From assembly GCA_965153355.1 (NCBI GenBank), contig OZ231126.1, forward strand, positions 40,424,001-40,488,000: a stretch of DNA of 64,000 bases. Direction: 5' to 3'. Of the stretch, positions 39,399 through 53,096 are shown piece by piece. The notes under the pieces were generated by a model that was not told where the DNA came from, ran no database searches, and worked only from the letters and a program-made list of their open reading frames with translations. Origin of the DNA: Flaccisagitta enflata. Its lineage: Eukaryota. A program made the translations under genes and the position numbers. Positions within the stretch are counted from its first letter, which is position 1. The number at the start of each line of letters is the position of its first letter.

Positions 39399-39812
39399 TT
39401 TTTAGTCGCTTTGTCCATCGGTGGGTCAGTTGGTTGGTTGGTTGGTCGGTCACACTTTACTTTTTCATCAATTCTATTTTTTTAGGTCATTTTAGGTCAT
39501 TCTAAATGTAACTCTCGCACGCGACTTACAGGTGTTGGCCTTGTTGAATAACAAGGCTGGATACACGGCTACTATAGTCGCGTGCGGGTGGGCAGGGGCA
39601 GTATTTGAGTTACTAAAGCATTTGGCAAGGAGCAGTGAGGCCAAAGATCGTAAAAACATAAAAAAAGTAAAATGGGGACCAACCGACCGACCAACTGACC
39701 GACTGACTGACCGACCGACCGACCAACCGACCAACCGACCGACCGACCGACCGACCGACCGACCGACCGACCAACCAACAAAGCGGGGTGTAGAGTCGCG
39801 TAGCACGCTACT
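39399..39812. mobile_element. Two HINE-like copies in tail-to-tail arrangement
   Basis: Plus copy 39399-39545 ends ggtgttggccttgtt. Minus copy 39549-39812 reads aacaaggctggatacacggc..(GACC)n..gtcgcgtagcacgc. Confidence 0.75.
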
Positions 39813-40519
39813 AGAAATTAAGTGTTTCAACTTAGTTTTTGCATCATTATCTGGACAATATTGTTGCTGGTATGCTTTTAATAGACAGATTGTCTCTAAG
39901 GATACTTGATGTATACACTTTGATCATATTCTCACCTCAAAAGTGTGTGTGTTTTGAATGAACCTCAAAAGTAATGTCAACTATTCAATTCACATGGAAA
40001 AAGGCAAGATATTCAAGGTTTTTAACAAAAGCTTTCTTTCAATTTTTTTGTTATTTCCTGCTGTTGAAATTCTAAAACTCTGAAATGCAAAGAAATTTTG
40101 TACATCAAAAAAAATAGTTCCTTTCGCAATTGATTTTGGAAGAGAACTATTTTTTTTGTCCAATCTTAAGTCAAAAAAATTTTGTATGTATTTTCAAAAA
40201 CATAGTTCTCTCAGTAATTGATTTTGGAAGAGAACTATATTTTTTGTTCCTATCTTAGAATTTCAACAGACCTCCTGTTGGTTCCGAAAAATGAAATTTT
40301 GAGTAGTTAGCAATATAATTTCTTTATTATTTTTAGCTTTAATTGCTTCTATTTCATGACTAGATGCAAATTTTGCAATGAAACATTGAATATGATTTAT
40401 TTAGATAATCATTTGGGTATAATTACCATATTTCCCCTGAAAAATAGAGTAAGAAATTTAGGATAAGAAAAAGAAATAGGGTTAAAGAATTAAAAGAGAA
40501 AAAAGTGTGGTTTCAACAG

Positions 40520-41503
40520 AACAAGGCCGGATACACGGCTACCCTAGTCGCGTGCGGGTATGCAGGAGCTGTGCTGGAAAAGGTCACTGAGGCATCTGGG
40601 CAGGAGCTGTATGCTCGAAAAGCTCAAAAACGCCAAAGAAGTAAATAGTCGCAGAAGCGTTAGATGGTCAGCGGTATCCGTTGCCCCTAAGTGAGTGTAT
40701 GAGGGTGTGAGGAGGTGAGAGGGGCAGCGGCCCCGAAGGAGCCGATGACCTATGCTGTTTTTATTTGAGCCTGGAGGCTGGAATTGGGGCCTTGAAGCTG
40801 GCGCGAATATGAGTATTTTTGCACGCATTATCATGAGATACCTTTTCATCTTGGCTTTCGATTGAGACCTTTCCCAAATATCAATTCCGCCTCCCCTAGC
40901 CTCCCGAGAGCTTCAAAGATGACTCTAACAAGCCTTTTTTCCGCCATTTTCTTTGCCGAAGTTTATTGTTTTTAATTACACAAATCCCTGTGCGCTGAGT
41001 GTAGATATCAATGGCAATCTATCGTGAGCGTATACGGAACATATTGGAGAGGCTTCCCTTTTTGGGCAGCGGCCCCAAAGGGACCGCTCACCTATGCTTT
41101 CACACAGAAGAAATTTCTCCTCCTTCTCCCCGTACCCCCCCCCCACCTCTTAGCTCAAATCCCAGCTTCAAGGCCCCAATTCCAGCCTCCAGGGTCAAAT
41201 AAAAACAGCATAGGTCATCAGCTCCTTCGGGGCCGCTGCCCCTCTCACCACCTCACACCCTCATACACTCACTTAGGGGCAGCGGGTACCGCTGACCATC
41301 TAACGATTTGGGTCTTGAGGCTGAAAGTGGGGGGGGGGGTTTCGGGGAGAAGGAGGAGAAATTTTTCCTGTGTGAAAGCATAGGTCATCAGCCCCTTTGG
41401 GGCCGCTGCCCAAAAGGGGACCAACCAACCGACCAACCGACCGACCAACCAACCAACGGACCGACGTAGCGGGGTGTAGAGTCGCGTAGCACACGACTAA
41501 AAA
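40520..41503 (-). mobile_element. HINE family 1 copy split by nested family 2 HINE-like elements
   Basis: 3' half at 40520-40645 and 5' half at 41412-41503. The intervening DNA carries GGGCAGCGGCCCC/GGGGCCGCTGCCC subTIR elements in both orientations. Confidence 0.75.
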
Positions 41504-43611
41504 TCCACATTTAAAGTTAAGAAGATTATAACTACAGTGAAAAACTATATATTCTAATGTGTATCTGTAATTTTTGATGAAATAAAAAGCATAATTGAAA
41601 TGTTTTTTTTTTTTTCGATGGGGGGCGCTAATTAGAGGAACTATGGTATTCAGCATCATTCTTTTCAAATTTTTAATTTTAGTCCCTGTTGAAACAAAAA
41701 GGCTGCCATTGGAAGGACGCTGTCATATTCAAATGCTTATGAATGAGATGAAGCCAAAAAACGATGCCTCCATAATGGATACCTAAGAGAGTCGTCACAT
41801 GATATATGAGTATACATCCACCCTTCATCATTTTTAGATGTGTCCACGTTGTTCTTGCAGTTGTTGTCCTTGTCGTTGTTGCCCCTATTGTCATTGTCCC
41901 TAATGTCATCGTTGTCGTAATCGTTGTGGTTATTGTTGTTGTTTTCATTGTGGTTCTAAAATTTTATACTCGAGGAAAAAAGATCTAAGCACACAAAAAA
42001 TGCGCATATTTCTAGCTGCTTTCATTGCCAGGTATGGCGGCTATCGCCATGAGGAAAAAAGTCATAAGCATTGATCACTTTTCATCAAGCTTTTGTCCTC
42101 AGTCACTGCAATCTTTTTTTTATTTATTAGATCAAATCAAAAACGATCGTATGTATTGATTGCACTGAAAATCAGAGAAAAATAGGACTGAGCCAAATGA
42201 GCTACATGAGCTGAAACATTTAAAGTCACTCAACCAGACAACCAACTATTCTCATTGATCCGCTTTTTTTGTATTTGCATGCTCACATCAAAACATAATG
42301 TTTTTATCCCATTTGATTTCAGAAAAAAAGACTGAGCTAAATAAGCTAGAATACTAGAAATAATTCATTGCAAAGGACAAAACTGAATGTTTACTTTAAG
42401 CCAAAGATGGATAATGTACTCCAAAAGGTTTGCAAGTAATGACTGGAAACACTTTTTTCAAAGATATGAAATTGACGCCGAAATTGGAGTGATTTGGATG
42501 ATTTACTTTTTTCCATCTACTTCATAATGATGGTGTTTTAAGTAAATCTGTTGATTGGGTAATGCTATAAATTGATTTTTGGTACAAAAAGGACGGGTTT
42601 TTCATCCAATTTTGAAAAGAAAAGCATGGGAACAGCACTTTATCACCTAAAATGTCTTTACTCTAATCAGAATGACTTGAAATTGGACAAGGATTCTGCA
42701 CAAAATTGCACTAGTTTCTCAAATCGTTTGATACCGAGATATAGCTTTGAAGGCTGTTTCTTGATATTATGCAATGATTTCTTTTTGGATAAGCAAACGT
42801 CCAGCAATTTTCATCAATTCCAGATCATCCCCAACTAATTTGCTTTGGCATTGTATGAGTAAACTGGGGACCAACCAACCAACCCACCAACCGACCGACC
42901 GACCGACCAATGGACCAACATAGCGGGGTTTAGAGTCGCCTAGCACGCGACTAAGAGTTTAAATCAAAATCAACAATTTTTTCTGTGTTATTTTATATCT
43001 CATAAATGATTTATGGTATCTTATATTTATCCTTTTACATGACATTGAGAGTCTTTCTAAGGCTATATATACATTTATCTGTCTTTTTGTGTTTGACTGT
43101 CTGTCCTTACGTCTGTCTGTCTTTCTTTCTGTTCATCTTCAGCTCTGACTGTCTGTATATCTGTTGACCATTTGCACAAATACTTGAATAATGAGTATAA
43201 CAATTGCTTGTGATGCTGTTTAAATCAAGGCAAAAAATTAGAAATTCGATTTAACAACATTCGGATTTAAAGACCAAAAATCCCCAGTCCCATCAAGGTC
43301 TCAAGGTTCCCACTGTATTTTGATCTTTGGGCTAAGTTAATGGTGAAAAAAAAGTAATTTCATGCAAAAACCCAAAGAAGAGGAAGAGCAAAAAAAAACA
43401 ATTGATCATCAGGAGACAGATAAAAAGATGTACAAACGGACAGACAGACTGACCTACAAACTAATAGACTTACCTAGCGGGTCGTAGAATTAAAAACTAA
43501 GAAAACAAGGCGTTGGGGCATATTGAAAATTGAAGCACAACAACTTTCCCAAACATAAACATGACATTTCCTCATGCATTGCGTTTATCATCATAATCAC
43601 CATCATCATTG

Positions 43612-43686
<75 letters not shown>

Positions 43687-43846
43687 CCCTTATCATCATC
43701 TTCATCTTCCTCTCTATCCTTTTCATATATCATTCATGCCATCGTCTTTTTGGGCAGCGGCCCGAAGGGGCCTCAACACCACGATGCTAAACAATATCAA
43801 TGGGGCATCGGGAACCGCTGACCATGATGACGCTTGAGCGGCCTGT

Positions 43847-43917
<71 letters not shown>

Positions 43918-44099
43918 GATGTAAGCTTTGCTGTCGTCGTAGTTATTGTTATCCCTGTAGTCTTTGGCATTGTTGTTGTTGTCCTTGCCGTTGTTGTCCT
44001 TGTTGTTGTTGCCCATGTCGTCACTGTCCTTAATGTCATCGTTGTTGTTATTGTCGTTGTCATCTTCGTTGTAGTTATTGCTTTTGTAGTTTTTGTTGG

Positions 44100-44149
<50 letters not shown>

Positions 44150-44725
44150 TTGTTAATGTTGTTGTTATAGTTGGTGAAGGTCCCCTAAAATGGGCAAAAG
44201 AAACGGCGATGGTAGGCAAAGAAGTGTGTCCAACTGTGCGACGGTTCACAATCGAGATTTTTAGCTCGTACATCGAGAAGCATGACATCAGCTAGTATTT
44301 CAAATTTCAGGACAATCGCATCAATAGTTTAGAAGTTATAGCCTTTTTCATACTTAAAAAGTAAGATCGAAAACCGACGTTCTTTTTTTCCGTTCTTTCT
44401 TTGAACTCGCCCCCAATCAAATTTTTAAAATTTTTTTGAAAAAAGTAAGGTTACAGAATTTTGGATCTAGGCGAATGAAACAATTTTCTATCGATTGCAC
44501 CCCTCTTTTGAAAACCATTTTTCAAAAAAATATTTTGTAATTTTTTTTGCTAAGTCCCTGAGGCGCGATAAAAAAAATTACATAGTTTTTTTAAAAAAAT
44601 GAAAATACAAGATTTTGGATCCAGGCAAATCAAACAATTTCCTATTGATAGCACCCCACTTTTGAAAACCATCTTTAAAAAAAATATTTTGTGATTTTTT
44701 TTGCGCGACACAAAAATTTTTAAAG

Positions 44726-45098
44726 TTTTTAGTCGCGTGCACGCGACTCTACAACCCGCTTTGTCCGTCCGTCCGTCCGTCCGTCAGTCCGTCGGTCCGT
44801 CCATCTGTCCGTCACACTTTACTTTTTTGTACTATAACGTCAACTCTTAGGTCATTTTAAGTCATTCTATGTCATTTATAGTTTTTCTCAGTCATTTTGA
44901 GTCATTCTAAGTCATTTTATGTCATTGTAAGTCATTTTAAGTTATATTAAGTCATTTTTGGTCATTAGGGTTTTTTCTCATTTTGAGTCAATTTTGGTCA
45001 TTTTAGGTCATTCTAAGTCATTGAAAGTCATTTTAAGTCATTCTAAGTTGTTCTTTGTCTGTAAGTCTCGCACGCGTCTTATAGGTGTTGGCCTTGTT
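44726..45098 (+). mobile_element. HINE-like copy with central (gtcattttaa)n array
   Basis: Both family termini are present around about 220 bp of 10-bp repeats. Confidence 0.8.
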
Positions 45099-46219
45099 TG
45101 AAAAAAAGTGAAAATACAAGATTTTGGATCTAGGCAAATTAAACAATTTCCTATTGATTGCACCCCACTTTTTTTTTTTTTTTAAATTCTCAAACAGAGC
45201 TTTTTTGGGGGCCCTAAGAAGAAAATAATAATGTTTAGTTAAAGCCGACGGCAAGAGAAATCAAATCTCCATCGATCAAAACCAAGAACACCTAGATCAG
45301 TGGTGATTTGCACCTTCAATGAATCTCAACACTTCAGGAGGCGAGTTTTTTGTCCTTGACAATCAGTTTAAGCCGAGGACTATAACATAGCACTGATTGT
45401 GTAGTAAGCCGTTGTTTGTTGTTTGTTTGTTGTTGTTGTGTCAACCCTTAAAAACTAGGGAACCAGTACTCAGATGTTTATGAAACTTTGTCAGTGTTAT
45501 TTTTAGAGCATTACTATCCTGTGTACCAACTTTCAACAACATTCATGAATGTTTAATACCCTTTGCCTCTTATTTTTGTAGTATTATTAATTCTTGGACT
45601 TGTGCAATTTACATAGGGGAAGGGTAGTAAAGGTTCACCAATGTTGTTTAAACTTGTTTTGGAAGTTCATTGTAGTAATTAAAGCTCCCCTGCAAGATTT
45701 CAGATAATTCTGAGTATTGGTTTAGAAGATATTAGGGTATTTTGCTAGTAATATTAATTCCTAGACTTGTGCAATTTACATAGGGGAAGGGTAGTAAAGG
45801 TTCACCAATGTTGTTTAAACTTGTTTTGAAGGTTCATTGCAGGGAGCCCAGTCGTCTTTTTTTTCATCGCTATATGCTACTTACTCTGTCGGAAATACAC
45901 CAGCAACTATCACTCTCGTTGTAGATGAGTTATGGGTCTGGTTTTTTTCCCAGGGCAGAAGAACAAACAAAAGGGCACGGAGAAGCCTAAAGAGCTGATC
46001 CGGTGCAAAGTTGAGTGAGCTGGCTGGGGTTTGAATGTGAGGTACAGGTTGTGGTAAAATGTGGCGGAAAAGTGGCAAAGCCCAGTAAGGGGGCCAAAAT
46101 TTTTTTTTGTCACTGTGAAAGTGCTTGAGTTGGCATTTAGTAGTAAGGGGGCATAGATACGAGTGATTTGTGCCAAGCACATCAAATATTACTTATTTTT
46201 ACATAGGTATATTAGCCTA

Positions 46220-49200
46220 TTATCGGTTGCCGCTGACACGATAAAAGCGGATCTGATTTCGAGAGGAATCGACGTCATCAGGTTGGAGGAGAATGAGACG
46301 CAACATCAGCGTTTCAAATCCTTCAAATTAGTCGTCAAACAATCGGACTTCGATACTCTGCTGAGGCAAGGAGCTTGGCCCGAAGGTGTCCTTTTCCGTC
46401 GCTTTTGGAAGCCGCGTAACATGAACACAGTCACAGGCCAGGAGCAGACTCTCGCCACTTAACAAATGCCTGTAAATCTTATAACTCACAACGTCAATGG
46501 ATTCGACCGAAACGAAAGCTTTGTCCGAGATTCCTGTCTTTCTCATTTGCCATGTATCTATGGCATTCAGGAGCACTGGCTCCGTCCGCCCTTGAAGCGC
46601 CATGCTGGAGTCAGTAAACTGATGAGTATAGATCCCAATCGGTTGGGGAACAAGCGCGATGAAGAAAAAGATGCATAATAAAATTCTACATGGACGACCT
46701 TATGGTGGAACAGGGTATGTTTGGAGCAAATCGCTTTCTAACTCTATCAAAACACGATGTGAATACACTCATGAGAGAGTAACTGTATTGGAAATAACGA
46801 CAAATATCGGATCTGTTCTATTAATAGATTGCTATATGCCTTTTTTTGATGCCCGCAATGTTGAATCACAAACTAATATATTCATTGAAACTCTTAGTTT
46901 TGTAGACTCAGTTATACAAGACAATCCTGGATCTAAATTTATTTTACTCGGTGATATGAACTGTAACATTTACAATACAAACAATCGTTTTACTACAGTA
47001 TTGACCTCTTTCTTGACTGACAGAAACTTGATCTGTACTTACGACTTAAAAGCTGATTTCCCTAGGAATTCTGCATATTCACGATTTGATCTAAAGAGAA
47101 ATTCTTTTTCATTATTGGACTATGTATTTGTTAGTTCTGATCTTTGTCAATTTGTTGATGTAGTAGAAATAACTAATCCATCTCTCAATATGTCTGACCA
47201 TTTACCTGTTCTGGTATCTTTTTCATTTGATATTGAAACTTTTACTTACGGTTCTAATCCTCTTCCAAGTATGATTGATTGGAAAAAAGTCAATGGTGAA
47301 ATTCGCTCCAGGTATAATGAAACTATGGAATGTTGTTTAGCCAATATCGTTATCCCTGATATTTTACATGGTTCACATGCCTGCAAAGACTCCTCTCATA
47401 TTTGTAGCATAGATGGTATTACAATGAAATTGTATAAAAACCGCCGAGTGTGAATTACCTCGTTTTACTCCAACTGTACGCAAGGGTTACTGGAATGAGC
47501 AGTTATCACAACTTAAAAATGATTCACTAATAGCACACAACTATTGGAAGCTCAATGGATGTCCTAAAAATGGTCCAATTTTTGAGACCAAAAAAGATGC
47601 GTATTACAAATATAAATATAAACTTTTTTTACGCAAATGCAAGTCTAATCGTGATCAGGATTATGTTGATGCTCTTTATGTTGATTTGGCTGAAGGAGAT
47701 TCTTACAAATATTACAATAACACTAAAAGACGTGGTGATGTTTACGTCAATAATTTACGAAATAACGTTGATATAGCAAATTGTTTTGCCAACTCATTCG
47801 AAAAAATTTATGAATCACGTGATGTAGCTCAATCATTGAAATTAGAAAATGATTTTAAAACCTCTACTTTCAATACTGTAATACACACGCCGCAGACTCA
47901 CTTTCTGAATATTATCTTTCTTGGAATGACATTGTTAACGTTTTGTCTACTTTAAAAACGGGAGAAGCAACGTCTAACTTTTTAAAGGCTGAACATATTT
48001 TATCAGGTTCACCCAAATTTGCCATTCATATACATTTATTATTTAATGCAATGATCCAGCATGCATATGTTCCCTATGAATTTCTTCATGGTGTAATAAC
48101 TCCCCTTATTAAGGATACTGAAGGAGACTATTCTGATATGAACAATTATCGTGGCTTAACACTTAGTGTAGTATTTTCAAATCTGTTTGAACAGGCGTTG
48201 TTATTGAAAGTTGGACATTTACTGACTACGGATTCACTACAATTTGGTTACAAGAGACGGCACTCATGTACTCACGCAATTTTTGCATTACAAACCACTA
48301 TTGAATATTTTAGAGAACGTGGATCAAATTTATTAACTGCCTTTCTTGACTGTAGTAAGGGATTCGACAAAATCAATCACAGTGGAATTTTCATCAAATT
48401 AATGCAGCGCAGAATTCCTTTATGCTTCTTGAACATGCTAATATATTGGTACTCTAATCTGACGAGCACTGTTAAATGGAATGGTACATATAGTCGGTCA
48501 TTTGTGGTACGTTCTGGAGTGCGCCAAGGTGGCGTTTTAAGCCCTCATTTGTTTGCCATCTATGTTGACAACCTGATTGTTTTACTTGGAAAACTAAAAG
48601 TAGGATGTCAGATTCTTGATGAATTTGTAGCGGCATTAGTATATGCGGATGATTTTTGCCTTTTAGCACCGTGTAGATCAGCTTTACAACTACTTCTTGA
48701 CACATGTGTGAAATATGGTAATGAGTGGTGTCTGTCATACAATCCTAGTAAATCTAAAGTTATGCTTTTTGGAAAGATTACTTCTGCAAATAGTGTTCCA
48801 TTGAAAATGTATTCTAAAGACTTAGATGTTGTTAAAGAGTACAAATACGTTGGAGTTACTGTCGTTGGAGGTGATACGATTACTTTTTCTACACTAAGAC
48901 CTCTTATGCGATTTAGATGTTCTGCAAATACGATTTTGAATGCACCAACTACCTCGTCGGAAATGGTTTCAATGAAATTGCTTTATACAGTATGCGTTCC
49001 CAATCTTACTTATGCATGTGAGTCTCTCAACTACACTAATGCACAATTTCAACCTATGAATGTTGCTATTAACGATTGTCTATGGAAGAACTTTGGTTAT
49101 AATCGGTGGGAATGTGTTCGATATCTGAGAGAAACGCTTGGCTATCCCTCTCTGACAGAAATTTTTCACTCGAGATCGCGAACGTTTTACAATCGAATGC

Positions 49201-49366
49201 CTTTTCTTAAAAACGCAACGCTTACTCTCCTCAATTCGTTTTCTTTTGACAAAGAGTAAGTTTTTACCTTTTTCTATTTTTTCTGTTTTTTTTTCCCTTT
49301 TTAATCTAGAAAAGCAGTGTTGTGTGTATGTATACTCTGTCTTCGTGACAAATAAAAGATCATTAT
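46220..49366 (+). mobile_element. Non-LTR retrotransposon (LINE, APE + RT; RTE-X/L2-like), 5'-truncated in ORF1, ORF2 frameshifted
   Basis: ORF1 C-terminus (FKSFKLVV..WPEGVLFRRFW) to 46462. APE motifs (THNVNG, IQEHW, LLGDMNC, LLDYVF, SDHLPV) in 46466-47450. RT motifs (QFGYK, FLDCSKGFDKINH, GVRQGGVLSP, YADD, YKYVG) in 47943-49259. AATAAA plus short (ATT)n tail. TSD TATTAGCCTA at 46210-46219 and 49367-49376. Clade call is tentative. Confidence 0.93.
47943..49259 (+). pseudogene. Reverse transcriptase domain of LINE ORF2 (separated from the endonuclease by frameshifts)
   Basis: 438-aa open stretch with RT motifs including LVYADD. Upstream ORF2 pieces lie in other frames (46466, 46659, 47686). 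Confidence 0.9.
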
Positions 49367-49993
49367 TATTAGCCTAAATATGTTATATCAAATCGCTGAA
49401 ATTTGTTCAAATTAGAGGGTAGATCCATATTTTGAGGTCATTTTTCCTAAAAATTGAGTTCGTGAGGGCTGAAAAACTTATCATTTAGTCAAATCAAGGG
49501 TTCTTGATAATGTACAACCAATCATTGGTACATTTTAAAGCATATTGGTGTCACTAAGGGTATTTCAAAGATAGTCCAAATTGTGCTTATTGAGAAAATC
49601 TTGGTACGTCCTGGCATCCTTGCATCAATTAAAGCTCCCCTGCAAGATTACAGTAAGAAAATATAAGGGTATTTATGATGTATCTAGTAACATTATATCC
49701 TGGACTTAAGATTTTTTTTTCTTTGGAATCTTTTTTTTTTTTTTTTTGAAATTTTTTTCTTTTTTTTTTTTTTGAATAAAAAACTTTTTTTTTTTGAATT
49801 TTTTTTTTTAAATTTTTTTTTTTGAATTTTTTTTCTGAAAACAATTTTTTTTCTTTTTTTTGTTGAAAAAAATTTTTTTTTGAATTTTTTTCTTTTTTTT
49901 TTTTAATTTTTTTAAAAAAATTTTTGAAAAATTGAAAATTGAAAAAAATTTTTTTTTGAAATTTTTTTTTTTGGACTTGAAGGTATGCAATTG

Positions 49994-50116
49994 GTAGCCG
50001 GGTCAGACCGAGTAGCTGGGTCAGACTGAGTAGCCAGGTCAGACTGAGTAGCAGGGTCAGACTGAGTAGCTGGGTCAGACTGAGTAGCCGGGTCAGATTG
50101 AGTAGCCGGGTCGGAC
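49994..50116. repeat. 18-bp minisatellite (gtagccgggtcagactga)n
   Basis: About seven units, followed by hairpin acagtc-aag-gactgt and tgttttt. Confidence 0.9.
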
Positions 50117-50329
50117 ACCAAATAGACTACAGTCAAGGACTGTTGTTTTTAAGCTTTTTTGTTGTTTCAAAACGAGATGCGCTTTCAGCCTTAGAAATTT
50201 TAAGTTGTAGCTTGTCCCCTATAACCACTATATGATGCTCCCTAGCAACAGCTAAACGAGCAATATTCTTACAGAACATACTGTGGGAAAGTTGTTGTAA
50301 ATTAAATTTAAAACAATGTTGTTGTCATC

Positions 50330-50362
50330 GCTGTCAGTTGTTGTTGTTGATGTTGCTTCATA

Positions 50363-50436
<74 letters not shown>

Positions 50437-50467
50437 AGTTGTTGTTGTTGTTGTTGTGGTTGTGGTT

Positions 50468-50498
<31 letters not shown>

Positions 50499-50530
50499 TT
50501 GTTTCTGTTGTTGTTGTTGTTGTTGTTGTT

Positions 50531-50561
<31 letters not shown>

Positions 50562-50588
50562 CTATTTTTGTTGTTGTCAGAGACATGG

Positions 50589-50652
<64 letters not shown>

Positions 50653-50669
50653 GGTTGTTGTCGTTGTCG

Positions 50670-50735
<66 letters not shown>

Positions 50736-50837
50736 CTATTTTTGTTGTTGTCAGATGTTGTTGTTGTTGTCGTTGTTGCTGTTGAACTGCATTCCCTACA
50801 GACTGCGGTCATCATGCTGAACATTCCTCGCGGTCCT

Positions 50838-50894
<57 letters not shown>

Positions 50895-51077
50895 TTGTTG
50901 TTGTTGTTGTTGTTGTTGTTGATTTTGTTGAAGTTGTCATTCTGCATTCCTAGGGACCGCGGTTTTTGCATTCTCCTTTCCTTACGGTCCTTACTTTCCC
51001 AGTTCCTCGCGGTCCTCTGTCGACGTCATCGTCATCGTCGTCGTTGTTGGCACTGTTTCTGTTGTTGTTGTTGTTGC

Positions 51078-51137
<60 letters not shown>

Positions 51138-51253
51138 CGTTGTTGTTGTCAATCCCTGTTCCTCCCATTCCCCGTTCCTTGCATTTCTCTCGGATTTCCG
51201 AGGTTCTCGCGGTCCTCTGTCGACGTCATCGTCGTCGTCGTTGGCACTGTTTC

Positions 51254-51292
<39 letters not shown>

Positions 51293-51306
51293 GGTTGTGG
51301 TTGTGG

Positions 51307-51345
<39 letters not shown>

Positions 51346-51502
51346 TTGTTGTTGTTGTTGTTACTGTTGTTGTTGTCAATCACTGTTCCTCGCATTCCCC
51401 GCCTTCCCGCGTCCCCGCGTTCCTTGCGTTCCTTTGGATTTCCGCATTCCTTGCGGTCCTCCGTCGTCATTGTCATCGTCGTTGTTGTTGCTTTTGTTGT
51501 GG

Positions 51503-51543
<41 letters not shown>

Positions 51544-51570
51544 ATTGTTGTTGTTGTTGTTGTTGTTGTT

Positions 51571-51603
<33 letters not shown>

Positions 51604-51747
51604 ACTGTTGTTGTTGTCAATCACTGTTCCTCGCATTCCCCGCCTTCCCGCGTCCCCGCGTTCCTTGCGTTCCTCTCAGATATCCGCATTCCTCGCAGTC
51701 CTCCGTCGTCATCGTCGTCGTCGCCGTCGTTGTTGTTGCTTTTGTCG

Positions 51748-51841
<94 letters not shown>

Positions 51842-51957
51842 CAATCCCTGTTCCTCGCATTCCCCATTCCTCGCGTTCCTCACTTGGATTCCTCGCGTTC
51901 CTCACTAGCGTTCCTTGCAGTCCTCCGTCGTCATCGTCATCATCATTGTCGTCATCG

Positions 51958-52025
<68 letters not shown>

Positions 52026-52129
52026 GCTGTCAATCCCTGTTCCTCGCATTTCCCGTTCCTCGCCTTCCTCACTGGGATTGCCGCGTTCCTCGCGGTCGTC
52101 CATCGTCATCGTTGTCGTTGTCGTTGTCG

Positions 52130-52184
<55 letters not shown>

Positions 52185-52319
52185 CGTTGTTGTTGTTACT
52201 GCTGTTGTTGTTTATCACTGTTCCTCGCATTCCCCGTTCCTCGCGTTCCTCACTCGGATTTCCGCGTTCCTCGCAGTCCTCCATTGTTGTCTTTGTCGTT
52301 GTCGTCGTTGTTGTTGTGG

Positions 52320-52374
<55 letters not shown>

Positions 52375-52741
52375 CGTTGTCGTTGTTTTTGTTGTTGTTG
52401 TTGTCAATCCCTGTTCCTTGTATTTCCCATTCCTCGCGTTCCTCACTCAGATTCCTCGCATTCCTCACTCAGATTCCTCGCGATCCTCACTCGCGTTCCT
52501 TGCGTTCCTCGGCATTTTCCATAAGGCATTCCAAATTGTAAAACTGAAGACTGCAATCAAAAGACTACACAGAATTTTTTAAGAAGCTTTAGAAATGGCC
52601 TTTCTACGTAGTCATTCAAAATATAAACATATAAAGCTGCCCAATGATGCGTTCCCCCGGTTCCCCGGGGACCGGGTCCCCAATTCCAAACAGATGAGGA
52701 ATATTCCGCGTTTCGAGTTAGGGACACCTTGAAGTACCCTG
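50330..52741 (-). repeat. Composite element: alternating ttcctcgc-rich units and (GTT)n, head at 52630-52741
   Basis: Units tcaatc(a/c)ctgttcctcgcattcccc..ttcctcgc(a/g)gtcctc recur about seven times. Confidence 0.85.
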
Positions 52742-53096
52742 TGCTATGAAAGAACTCATGAAAAGGCATATTAACAATTCTATGAAGAATAAAATTTACA
52801 AAGTTAATTCAAAGAATGTCAGTATATTGTTTTATCCCACTGCATTATGCAAATTAGGTCCTCAAAAACAATTCTAAGACGGAAAATGAACAATTTTTGA
52901 TAAAGGGCAAGGGTCCACACGTCGCACCTATTGGCCTACTTGGCCTTGTTTTAACTCAACCTTAACATTTCTGGAAAACAAAAAGAAAAGGAAAATAAGT
53001 CCACCGCCGCAACCCTCACGCAATCACGTCACATCGTTTAGGATAACGATTCAACGGCATCAGAAAAATAAAGCTCACGGGCAGCAAGTAAGCAAC

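Noticed and set aside
50252-52582. Long ORFs of 200-538 aa (poly-L/V/C/N/T)
   Set aside because: They are translations of (GTT)n tracts, open in several frames on both strands, with no protein-like complexity.
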